This document shows positions 12,452 through 25,629 of a stretch of 64,000 bases of DNA, piece after piece. Positions within the stretch are counted from its first letter, which is position 1, and each line of letters begins with the position of its first letter. The notes under the pieces are model-generated. The model was given only the letters and a program-made list of their open reading frames with translations. It did not search any database and was not told the origin of the DNA. Source of the stretch: Octopus vulgaris (lineage: Eukaryota); assembly GCA_951406725.2 (NCBI GenBank), contig OX597822.1, positions 115,196,001-115,260,000 on the forward strand, written 5' to 3'. The translations under genes and the position numbers were made by a program.

Positions 12452-12735
12452 ACAATATATATGTATGAGTCTTTCAGTTTCCGTCTAGCAAATCCACTCG
12501 CATGTCTTTGATCGTATCAGTTCATTATCCTATTATCCTACGGTGTCAAAAAACCGAGCCCTTTACAATCACACAATGAAAAAAACAAAAATAACTATAA
12601 AAGTTTTAAAAATGAATAAAGCGATAAATTTTAAACAAGTTTTAAAAAGTGAAGGGGGAAGAAAAAAGAATTTGGTTTTTAAATTACATGAAGAAACAAG
12701 ATTGCCAAGAACCATAGATGAGAAAATCAAACCGA
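11599..12735 (+). repeat. Old tandem duplication (about 395-bp unit); the second copy is interrupted by a SINE
   Basis: 11599-11780 resembles 11994-12178; 11792-11990 resembles 12521-12735 (e.g. GAAGAAACAAGATTGCCAAGAA in both). Confidence 0.75.
12178..12520 (-). mobile_element. SINE family 1, 5'-truncated
   Basis: GTTTCAGTCATTTGACTGCGGCCATGCTGGAGCACC ... CTTTCAGTTTCCGTCTA. Confidence 0.85.
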
Positions 12736-13199
12736 ATAATTGGGAACCAATGAAATCGTTTGTCCTCGGATGAGGATTTGTTTCATGGCGTCACGGCTTT
12801 CGTACAGCGTGGTGTGGTGGTACGTGTCGAGAACTGGATGAATGTGCAAACTGCAGTTAACGGTTTCTCACCATTCTCGGGTTACAGAGTCTTTGTTCAG
12901 AGCTTCAGCAATAATAAATAGAACCACGCTCTTTGCACACAGCAGTCTTGGTTAGCGTGAGTCCTCGGTGGTAGAGGGCCGTTGATATCGCGGAGAGACG
13001 CCATTTTGGAGAAGGATGAAAATGTATCAGAATTCGGCAATGTTTTGTTTGTTTACTCTGGTAGAGTACATGACTTCAACTTCATTAGTTTTCATTCTGT
13101 CATTCATTCACTTTCTTTTTCGTTTTCATTCTGTTTCGGACCAAATGCGCATACAGCAAAAGTAGCAATTATATTCATATTCAATTCAAAATTTCAGAA

Positions 13200-13291
13200 T
13201 GTATATATATATATATGTGTGTATGTATGTATGAATGTATATATATATATTTATATATATATATATGTATGTATGTATATATGTATGTATG

Positions 13292-13370
<79 letters not shown>

Positions 13371-13411
13371 ATGTATGTATGTATGTATATGTGTATATAT
13401 ATATATACATA

Positions 13412-13447
<36 letters not shown>

Positions 13448-13506
13448 TGTATGTATGTATGTATGTATGTATGTATGTATGTATGTACATATGTATGTAT
13501 ATATGT
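13200..13506. repeat. Compound (TA)n/(TG)n/(TATG)n microsatellite
   Basis: Read directly from the sequence. Confidence 0.95.
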
Positions 13507-13655
13507 AGTCACAGATAACCAATTTTTTCCTAAATTTCTCATTCATAGAGCTCGTCTCCCGTTGTCTCTGTGATTCTCCCTCTTCACCTATCTTCGCCCC
13601 TTTTTTCATAAAAATCTCTTTCTCCACATCTCTCTGTCATTATCTGTGTCTTCCT

Positions 13656-13695
<40 letters not shown>

Positions 13696-14285
13696 ATACA
13701 AAATAAATGAAAAACTAATTCTTAAAACTGACCGGAATCAGTGCATTCCCGTCTTTCAAGTTTGTCCGATCGTTTGAGTTTTCAGGTTATCTCCCTTCGT
13801 TATCTCTGTCGTATTCTTTCTCCACCTCTCTTTATCCGTTTGTTTTTGTCAGTCTCTTTCACTTCCTTTCTGTCTCTTTCACACACTCTCACTCTCATTG
13901 TTTCACAGACATACTCTGTACTGTAACAGAGAAGTAATTCTCGAATTCATGAATGAGTCAGACGTTTCTTACTACATGTTCTGTGCGCGAAAATGCATAT
14001 GGGTGTATATATATGTATATATGCATATGGGTGTATGCCTGTGAGAGTATCTCATTTCAAACATTTCCATTCTCTCTGTATATTTCTCTTTCATTCTAAC
14101 TTTAACATTCTTTTTTACTATATCTCTATGGAAACTTTTTACATGGTCGAGTGATCTTCTAGAAATAGAAACCAAATCTCCCACAACTTACAACTTGACT
14201 TCTTAGAATATAAATGTTATTTTTTAATGTAGATCCTAAACTACGATATCAGAAAATTTTTTTTAATAAAAACAGAAAAATAAAA

Positions 14286-14333
<48 letters not shown>

Positions 14334-14760
14334 GAGAAAACCTCTGAATACATAGATTTCCTTGATCAGGAGCGAACTGGAGCTAGACAACAGTAAGCTC
14401 CAAGAAATAGCAATCATATTTATCAAAAATCAGTCTACTATTTTATAAAAAATAGCGAGATTGGATGAAAGGATCTCAGAAATACAGTCCGACAGAAAAA
14501 AATGGTGCGGGTGGTGGTCACGACTGGAATGAATTGTTAGACCAAGGTGTACCTGACACGAAACAACAACACAGGAATATGCCAAATAATTTTTCCCCAT
14601 ATTTATGCTTCATTTCTTTCTTTCCTTTCTCTTTCTTTTTTCACACTATTTTCTAGATTTCGTATTCTCGTTAATTTTCATTAAACTTCTTGTTCTGTCT
14701 TCCGTTTCCTGCTCCGCATACTTCTGCTCTACTCACTTTCTGTCTTCTGCAAATTTGACT

Positions 14761-15200
<440 letters not shown>

Positions 15201-15232
15201 TGTGCATGTATGTATGTATTTATGTACGTATG

Positions 15233-15610
15233 CGAGATCTGTCTGAAAAGTAACTGGACTAGTGTCACAAAAAATTTTACTTCAATTTCAAGCAACAAAC
15301 TACATGATTTCCCCTTCAAAGTAATCCCTCACGAGTCTAATGCATTTTCCCATCCTTCTCTGCTACGCTTCTCTGCACTGCTGGAAGGATTCATCTGGGA
15401 CGCCCCTCAGCTCCGTCGTTACCGCCCTCTTGATGGTCTCCACGCCTTTAAAATGGGTCCCCTTGATGATTCCCTTTAGCTTGGGGAAAAGGAAAAAAGG
15501 CACACGCAGCAAGATCAGGTGAACAAGAAGCGATGTTCTGTTATGGCGATGTTCTCGGCCAGGAATTGCCTGATGCTGAGGACGCTGTGCGCAGATGCAT
15601 TGTCGTACAT
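15233..15610 (-). mobile_element. Mariner transposase 3' relic
   Basis: Minus strand reads SPDLAACAFF..FPKLKGIIKGTHF; TIR-like CGAGATCTGTCTGAAAAGT at 15233. Confidence 0.7.
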
Positions 15611-15784
15611 TCGCTCATTTGATACCACGTGATGGCGTCCGAAGTAAGCTCCCTATACGATATCGAGAGCTAGAGAACAACGGATGTTCCAGACCAGGTG
15701 AGATAACTCGTATCTAGATGACCGAGAATGGTAGTTATTGATATTTCGCCATTTTTGTGCCGAAATATCGATATATATATATAT

Positions 15785-16160
15785 TATTCTCTTCTTTTAT
15801 TCTTTTACTTGTTTCAGTCATTTGACTGCGACCAAGCTGAAGCACCGCCTTAAAGGGTGGTAGTCGAGGAAATTGACCCAGGACTTATTCTTTGTAAGCC
15901 TGGTACTCATTCTATCGGTGACATAAACACACCAGCATCGGCTGTGAAGTGACGGTGAGAGGGCAACTACACACAACCACAAATACACACAAACACACAC
16001 ACACACACATATATAAGACAAGCTTCTTCCAGTGTCCATCTACCAAAGCTACTCACAAAGCTTTAGTCGCCCCGAGGCTATAGAAGACACGCCGTGGGAC
16101 TGAACCCGGAGCCATGTGGTTGGGAAGCAAGTTTCTTACCACACAGCCACGCCTGCACCT
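15785..16160 (-). mobile_element. SINE family 1
   Basis: Head and tail match the family consensus seen at 58519-58920. Confidence 0.88.
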
Positions 16161-16600
16161 ATATTATGTATGTATGTATGTATATATGTATGTATGTATG
16201 TATGTATGCATGTATGTATGTATGTATGCATGTATGTATGCATGTATGTATGTATGTATGCATGTATGTATATGTAGGTAGATATGTATATTTATATACA
16301 TTTATATATAGATATGTATATATACATTCATAGTTTCGGCGATCATCAGATGATGGCTTTGCCGGTCGAACCTTTGAAGTCACTGTCAGCAATATTCTTA
16401 TTTAAAATTAATAAATATATATTCTACAGAATTATAGTGGAACCCATCAGATTAATGTAAAATTGTTTTTATTATAACTGAACATGGAAATAAACACTCA
16501 TATATGTGAGTGCGTGTGTGCGTGCGCGCGTTTGTGGTATATATATATATATATATATACATTTACATATGCATATACATCAATATGTTCATATATATAT

Positions 16601-16831
16601 ATTTCTTTACTACCCACGAGGGGCTAAACATAGAGGGCACAAACAAGGACAGACATAGGTATTAAGTCGATTACATCGACCCCAGTGCGTAACTGGTACT
16701 TATTTAATCGACCCTGAAAGGATGAAATGTAAAGTCGACCTTGGCGGCATTTGAACACAGAACGTAACGGCAGACGAAATACGGCTACGCATTTCGCCCG
16801 GCGTGCTAACGTTTCTGCCAGCTCGCCGCCT
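16601..16831 (-). mobile_element. SINE family 2, full length, with Tx1-like 3' tail
   Basis: Minus strand GGCGGCGAGCTGGCAGAAACGTTAGCACGCCGGGCG...TTTCATCCTTTCAGGGTCGAT...GTGGGTAGTAAAGAAAT, followed by (AT)n. Confidence 0.88.
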
Positions 16832-17214
16832 TATACATATATAGCTTCGTATGTGTGTGTTCGTGTGTGAGAACATGTGTATATGTGTGTGTGTATATAT
16901 ATGTGTGTGTGCGTGTGTGTAAATACGATCCAGGGATCCGAGGAATTTTGTTAAGCTTCAAGCAATCGGCGTCTAGAATATAGAACAGAATTTAAGGTTA
17001 TAAGATAAGGTATAATAACAAATTCATTGCCGTCTTAAGTTACACACTAATTCCCATAACCGAAGTTACAACGAATTCTGATAAGCCGAGAATTTACAAC
17101 TCGCTGTTAACTTATACTGTTAAAATTGCACCTAATTTTCGATTATATATACACATACATATATGCATGCATACATGTATGTATACATGTGCGTATTAGG
17201 TGTGTATGTATGTA

Positions 17215-17627
17215 TACTCTTTTACTCTTTTACTTGTTTCAGTCATTTGACTGTGGCCATGCTGGAGCACCGCCTTTAGTCGAGCAAATCGACACCAGGA
17301 CTTATTCTTTGTAAGCCTAGTACTTATTCTATCGGTCTCTTTTGCCGAGCCGCTAAGTTACGGGGACGTAAACACACCAGCATCGGTTTTCAAACAATGT
17401 TGGGGGGGGGGCATATACATACACATGCACACACACACACACACACTTATATATATATATATATATATACATATATACGACGGGTTCTTTTCAGTTTCCT
17501 TCTACTAAGGCTTTGGTCGGCCCGAGGCTATAGTAGAAGACACTTGCCCAACGTGCCACGCAGTGGGACTGAACCCGGAACTATGTGGTTCGTAAGCAAG
17601 CTACTTACCATGCAGCCACTCCTACGC
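17215..17627 (-). mobile_element. SINE family 1
   Basis: Full head-to-tail match with internal (CA)/(TA) microsatellite. Confidence 0.9.
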
Positions 17628-18373
17628 TTGTATGTATGTATGTATGTATGTATGTATGTATGTTTATTTGTATGTGGCTAAGCTACCGTCATTACTCTAG
17701 CGTTTCTGCATTTTTAAGCATCCTTTGCTAATCACCATAGCGAAACAAAAACAATGAACGTCACTGATGAAAATATAAGATGTCTGAAGAACACACAGTC
17801 CGCAGTTGGTGGTCGGCGGGTCTCACATTAATCACGTACGAAATAAAGAGAAAAAGAAAAGATCGGCAAAAACTAAAGTGATGCGACAGAAAAGATAGGT
17901 CATTGGATAGTGTCGGAAAGAGGCAAATTGTTGGTAAATAGATAAATGTTCAATTGTATAGACGTGTTCACGCATATATTCGTACATACATATATGCACA
18001 TATATACCCACATAGAAAAAAACATATGTGTATCTATGTACATATACATATATGTGCGCACGTGCCTACATAAACACATATACTCACACGCATGCACTTA
18101 CGTACATACACACATGCAGGAGCGAGAACAATCGTGCTTCATATATGCATACACGCATACTTACATTCATATATACTTGTATGCATAGACACACATAATA
18201 ATATACTCAAGTATACATACATGCATACATAAATACATACGTACACACATACATACATAAATACATACATACATACATAAATACATACATACATAAATAC
18301 ATACATACATAAATACCTACATACATAAATACATACATACATACATACATACATACATACATACATACATACA

Positions 18374-18406
<33 letters not shown>

Positions 18407-18681
18407 GCATACATACGTGTAATTAAAAAACACACTTTTCGGACTTATAAATAACAAACTAATGAAAAATATGCCGTTACCCCATCGGGATTATAGCTCT
18501 ACATTAATGGCTATCGGGCGCTTCGGTACTTATCTAACTGCCTTTGCTGTAATCTTGAGAACCTGGGTTTCACAGAAGCCGTAAGAACACGAATAATTAG
18601 AAAATTACAGCTACAATCCATTAGAAGCACGGTGAAAATATGTGAAGCATTCAAGAAGTTTAGTTTGTAATAGGTTTATAT

Positions 18682-18724
<43 letters not shown>

Positions 18725-18836
18725 AACAAACATATATATATATATATATATACGCACACATACACATATATATATAGAGAGAGAGAGACAGGCAGGCATT
18801 TAGATAGATATATAGCTATATATATATACTCACACA

Positions 18837-18929
<93 letters not shown>

Positions 18930-19278
18930 GTGTAGATAGGCATGCATTTGTGTGCGGAGACATAATTAAATGAAAACAGCGAATCTCACATGCTGTAATA
19001 TGCTTGCTGTGTCTTGATGTTATGGCATGCGTGGTTCCACATCCGTATGTATGAGATTTCATGTATGAATGCGGTCATGTATAAGTATTCGTATATATGT
19101 GTAGACGCAGATGTGTATGCATGTATATATTCGGAGATACAAGCCTGCATACGCGCGTACCTGCTTGTGTACATATCCTGTTAAATGTTATCATAATTTC
19201 TATGAAAGAGTTTTGTTTTGGGGTTAAAAATTGACTCTTTCTTTATTGAAGGAAGCCATTCGAAGACTAAAATTAAAA

Positions 19279-19309
<31 letters not shown>

Positions 19310-19339
19310 CATACATACATACATACATACATACATACA

Positions 19340-19878
19340 TGGTGGCTGCCCCCTCGTTATCGAGTATGGCCATTGCACGAAGCTTAATCAATGTTGTTAT
19401 CGTGCAATGCCTGTGCAAGAAGATTTTTTAAAGTGAGGAAAGGCTGTGTACTGAGTCAATCCCACACACTAAGCAACAGCAGCCATAATCCGAAAAGAAG
19501 AACAAGTCAACATCATCGGTAACCACTGAGCCGCAGGTACTATGTCGGAGTTATCCCAGTTACCTGAGTTACCTTCTCCTAGAAGGATGCCCTAACAAAG
19601 GCTAGGAGTCCTTCACTTCCAATGGTTTAACCGCGTGATCGGGTATTCAGTCCGATTATTTCTATGTCCCCGCGCATGGTACAGCCTTAAGACATTTACT
19701 GGATGGCCGTTGACTCTTAAGAGTTCCTTCGCCCTTTGACGGGTTTTGTTTTTCATCCCGCAGGGTGACCAATAAACACCCTCCTCACCAAGCAAGCTTG
19801 GTGGGGTTGCCGGTTTAGTCGTACTTTAGTTTGTACTGGGTTACATGTTACCAGTAGCATTCGAAAGTAACCTGACAT
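19340..19878 (-). mobile_element. Short non-coding RTE-derived (bipartite-type) element within (ATAC)n
   Basis: Minus strand has TAGCCTTTGTTAGGGCATCCTTCTAGGAGAAGGTAACTC, which resembles an RTE 5'-UTR motif (from recall), and an RTE-like end TACTCGATAACGAGGGGGCAGCCACCA + (TGTA)n. No ORF. Confidence 0.5.
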
Positions 19879-19895
19879 AATACATACATAATACA

Positions 19896-19926
<31 letters not shown>

Positions 19927-22364
19927 GTACGTACGTACGTAGATACATAGAATAGATGTAAAACTAATAGGTTGGCGGAGGCATTTTTACTCGTCTTATT
20001 TCCAAATTATTGTCTTACTTTGAGCTTCTTGTTAAGATGATATAATCGAAGAAATTACAGAAGCGGTTAAACAATGCTGTTCACAAATACAAACAATGAG
20101 AATTGAAATATTGCATATCTGACTTGGCAGAAGAACTGTAAACGATTGAGAGAAAAGATATAATGCAAATATATGCATATGTATAAAAACACACACGCGC
20201 ATATTCATGTATGCATGCAGATATGCATACATATATGTGTGCGTATATACATATATATATATATATATATATACATACCATCCACTGGGGAGTTAAGTGT
20301 GAAATGTCTAATGAGAATGTATTGTGCAGATCGGTGGATGTGTAGTGTTATATGCTTGATCCAAAGGCAGCAGGCTTGACTGAATTCGTACATGTTTAAC
20401 ATGAAGGACAGTTCAACGGCAACCACAGAGGCAAGTAAGCTGATGTTCCAGATATCGTAGCCAATACGTTGTTTCTATAATGTGGGGCGGTACGGTAGAA
20501 ATCATTGAAGCGTGAAGTATTGATGGCTTAGTTCAAAGGAGTGTTTGTTGGCTCTTTATGATAAAGGCGTGTCGTGTAGTTACCAATAACGTAATAACCA
20601 TGCCACTAACGATAATAGGCGTGGTTTTGCTTTTCTGTTTTTTTTTCCTTTTCAGATATTTCATTGTAAGGCACATTAATACACCCACTGGGGTGGCGTA
20701 GTATAAAATAACCAATAACTATGTGGTGTTTGCATTGATGTTAGTAGAAACTTTACATAATGTCCGTCTGCATAGCTCAATCTGTAGAGCATCCTATTTT
20801 TATATGTTGACCTTGGCGGTAATGTGAGGGTCGAGGGTTCGGGACCCTTTGTAGGTTTATGTTTCTTTTATCTTGCTACTTCACCAAAAACAGTTCCTGA
20901 GAGAAAGCTGGGAAATGAGTGTGAAATTTAAAAAAAGCAATCACACTTAAAGCGGTGCCCCATGATAGCCATAGTCTCTGACTAAAATCAGTTAAAGTAA
21001 AAGTAAGGTAAATGGAGAAAATAATAGTTTCTTGTGTAGAGAGATATGTCCTTTGGTCAGCAGTTTGAAGAGAGAAGGCTGTCGGTTAAATCGACCATAA
21101 TTCATTACTGGTACTTAACTGGTTGAACCTGGAAGGATGAAACTACAAATAAATAAGCATTTGTCACACTAGTACAAGAACTGGAGAATTTGGACTGGAG
21201 TTGATTGGATCGACTCTCCCCAGCCCAGCGCAGGATCTAGTGCTTGATTTCTTAGGACAGGTTTGAACTCAGAATGTAGAACATCAAAACTAAATTGTAT
21301 TAGATCTTTAACCAACTATTTTACTACTTTATACTACCCTGTCTTCCTGTTTACAATACTTACTTACATTGACACAAGAATCCTGATTTATAGAAAACAC
21401 AGCCGAGTATATCGATTGTCAGTTTATTACAGATAAATTGTCAATCTACCCCTGTGTGAATGAAGCCAAAGTGAACTCCTTGGGGATTTGAACTCAGAGC
21501 ATAGCACAACTTAACTAAATACTACAACATTGTATTTTGCTCAGTACCCTTCCAATTTTATCACCACTCCGTTGCCTGCTACTCTATTATTTTTCACAAT
21601 CTTGGGCAAACTGCGGTCCGCGTGACTTTCTGAATGGCAAGCCTAATGAAAAATTACCTTGAATTTTTCTAGTAGTGCGGCCTCCCTGATAATGAACCAT
21701 GCCTTATGCGACCAGCTTCTCGAAAAATGTTTCTCATGCCTGATCAATCACATAAAGTGTGACAACAGAATTTATGTGTAAGAGGAGAGAAAGTACTGAA
21801 GAAATACGTGACGGAGAGTGATGGACAATGCAGAGTAAAAGAGAGCATTCCTGGCAAGTGAAGGTCACCATTCGATTACGATTCTTTGCTTAGGGGTTTC
21901 GATTTACGTAAAACCAGACTCTAAATCTCCCTCAAATCACACACAGCTGTTTTCAAAAACGAAAGAACATTTTAGATAATAGTCCGATAGACTTTTACAG
22001 GAAAAAGACGGAAATTACTGGAATGATTTTGCTAACAATCCGCTGATTAAGAAACTGTCTTGAGTTAAACAACAACAGCAACAACACTTAAATGATTGTT
22101 TCTAATATAGGTACAAGTTTGTGAGAAGAGCATAATCGATGATTTTGACCCGAGTATTTTACTTTATTCCAGGTGGAGGAAGAGCAAAAATTTTAGTCGG
22201 CGGGATCCTTAGTTCAAATACAAACGTGGTAATCAGGAAGTCGATGGTATCGACTCACTGCTTTTGCTGGCCCTCAGCAAAAATTAATTTGAAATCCATT
22301 ATTATTACTACTACTACTGCTGCTGCTGCTACTACTACTGCTGCTGCTGCTACTACTACTGCTG

Positions 22365-22395
<31 letters not shown>

Positions 22396-22762
22396 AATTC
22401 AGATAGCCAGCTAGAAGAATCGTTAGCACGTCAGACAAAAACTTGTCAAAAAGGCGAGACAATGCAAAATGAAAATAGAGAAGTAAAAACAGAAGAGCAG
22501 TCAATGATTTACATGGTATTTCTTCGATATTTCAGAGTTCGAGCCTCTTCATGAGGACAAGTAGAGAAACTGGAGATGGTGTAGAGTTCTTATCTTCGCT
22601 CAGATGTTTGAGAAATTATAGTAATATTTGCAGACTGGTATTGTAATAGTAACCAGGCTGCCACCTGTTGTTCTTGTCTGTTGTTTAGTGGACGCAACAT
22701 AGGCAATCTTAGAATCAGGAAGGCTATCTTAATTATTAGGTCTAAACCTTCATTAACAAACA

Positions 22763-22898
22763 GACAAGAATTAGGTTATTACCTAGACAAAAACTAGGCT
22801 ATTGCCTGGACATGAACTAGGCTATTGCCTGGACAAGAATTAGGCTATTGCCTGGACAAAAACTAGGCTATTGTCTGGACAAGAACTAGGCTATTGTC
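22763..22898 (+). repeat. Minisatellite, about 6 x 23 bp (GACAAGAAYTAGGCTATTGCCTG)
   Basis: Direct tandem units with no spacers. Confidence 0.9.
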
Positions 22899-24024
22899 AC
22901 TATTGCAAAACCAGCATGCACAAGTCAGTATCACATCTCATATATATGAGCAAACATAACAACTCTATACCATCTACCATTCATTTATCAATATATCATG
23001 ATAAAAGAGTTCTAACGCTAAAATATCGACGAAAGAAAGCTAAACTAAAAGTGTTGCTCTCTTTTCACTTTTGTATTTTTTTTCCGCTTTGCATTGCTTC
23101 GGCCTGGTAAAAAGTGTTAATCTAATAATGATATCACAGAATGCCTCACCTAAACTACTCTATACTACTTTAGATTCCTATTCCTATGTTCCAGATTCAG
23201 ACACGTCAGAGCGAACATTGCCATGCATCATACAGAAGTCGATAAGGTTATTAGTTATTTGATATTGTTGCTGCTGCTGTTGCTACTCTTGCAGCTGTTA
23301 TCGTGGGTGGTGTTGTTGTGGCTCAACCCCTGGTTAGCCCTTCTCCAGCAGACCTACCATTCCAGGTACCCAGCCATGACCCACCTGTTTTAAAGGTATT
23401 TCTTGGACATTATCCAACGTCACCTTGGAGATTATCCAACGTGTACGGAGTTATTTGATGGAGATTTAGCCGTTATTTTGTAGCAGTTCAAAAACAACGT
23501 AGATGTTTCCTCGTAATGGATAGAGGTTAAAGCTATCGACAATCCACTGCAAAACTGGCCGTATGCTGAAAGAAATTATTATTATTATTATTGATAGAAA
23601 TAACACCTGTCACTTATATCAACTATATATCTTTACCTTGTGTTCATATCGTTTCTATTTCAGCTGAGAATAAGGTGAGTGGAGTGGGGTGCACGATGAA
23701 ACAGCTTTAAAATCTAAGCTCAGTTCCACTTAGTCAACGACCAGCCAGCCAGTAAGCTAGGCAGCCAGCCAGACGGTCTAGTTTTAAATATTTACATCTC
23801 AGTAGGGGACGCTTTTAAGATTTCTTACTTTAGCAACAGTCATGGAGTTTTGCAGACAAGTGGGGTTCAGCATAATATCATATTGTACCAGCTTACGTCT
23901 GTTACTACAACAACAACAACAACTACCAACATTACTGATACTGCAGTTGCTGCTGTTGCTACAGTGGATTATGTAACTTTACCACCCGGTGTAGTTTGCA
24001 TTTCTTTAACAATTTCCAACATAT

Positions 24025-24025
24025 A

Positions 24026-24060
<35 letters not shown>

Positions 24061-24075
24061 ATAATAATAATAATG

Positions 24076-24116
<41 letters not shown>

Positions 24117-24165
24117 AATACTACTACTACTACTACTAATAATAATAATAATAATAATAATAATG

Positions 24166-24205
<40 letters not shown>

Positions 24206-24230
24206 TAATAATAATAATAATAATAATAAT
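24025..24230 (+). repeat. (ACT)n/(AAT)n microsatellite
   Basis: Read directly from the sequence. Confidence 0.95.
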
Positions 24231-24442
24231 ACTTTCTACTATAGGCATAAGGCCTGAAATTTGGTGGAGGAGTAATTCGATTACATCGATCCCGGTACTC
24301 AAATGGTACTTAATTTATCGATCCCGAAAGGATGAAAGGGTAAGTCAATCTCGGCGAAATTTGAACTCAGAAGGGAGCGATGGACAAAATGCCGCTAAGC
24401 ATTTCGCCCGGCGTGCAAACGATTCTGCCAGCTCGCCGCCTT
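24231..24442 (-). mobile_element. SINE family 2 with the alternative tail (CCTTATGCCTATAGTAGAAAG + (ATT)n)
   Basis: Same head and core as 16601-16831 but a different 3' end. Confidence 0.85.
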
Positions 24443-24448
24443 AATAAT

Positions 24449-24519
<71 letters not shown>

Positions 24520-24521
24520 CT

Positions 24522-24562
<41 letters not shown>

Positions 24563-24584
24563 AATAATAATAATAATAATGATA

Positions 24585-25002
24585 ATAAAAATGACATACA
24601 GAATAGGAAACCAGACATAGTACTAATTGAGAGAGAAAGCAAACGATACTTGATCATAGACATGGCATGCCCAGCTGACAACAAGGTATGCGATAAGGAA
24701 GAAAGAAAAGTCGAGAGATATGACAGGTTAGCTTGGGAGTTAAAGCAATTGTGGTCGATGAAAAAGGTAGTAGGAGCACTAATAATTGTCAGAGCGCTGG
24801 GAACAGTGAGTAAAAGTCTTGAGAAGTACATGGAACAAATAGGGGTTACAGTAAGTGTGGAGCACTTGCAGAAAACAGCACTGCTTGGAACCGCTCCAAT
24901 ACACCGGATGATGCTCGAAACTTAAGGGATGTTACCTTAGTTCACTGGTAGTGAACAGCTGGCACTGTAATACACCTCCAGTGTTAGCAGCTGTGCAAAG
25001 GC
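24585..25002 (+). mobile_element. R4/Dong-like 3' fragment (family F)
   Basis: RKPDIVLI..IIDMACP.D..K..KVERY..L..LW..QKTALLGTA; distinct hairpin-rich 3' UTR, then (AAT)n at 25003-25189. Confidence 0.85.
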
Positions 25003-25021
25003 AATAATGATGATGATGATG

Positions 25022-25625
<604 letters not shown>

Positions 25626-25629
<4 letters not shown>

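Noticed and set aside
12897-13004. Antizyme-like frameshift or selenocysteine ORF
   Set aside because: The ORF ends AAG CTC TGA without the antizyme TCC-TGA context, and no SECIS or homologous second frame is evident
16325-16352. CTGATGA..CGAAA hammerhead on the minus strand
   Set aside because: No valid stem III or cleavage triplet could be fitted
22763-22898. 23-bp repeats as a CRISPR array
   Set aside because: Units are directly adjacent with no spacers, there are no cas genes, and the context is eukaryotic; this is a minisatellite
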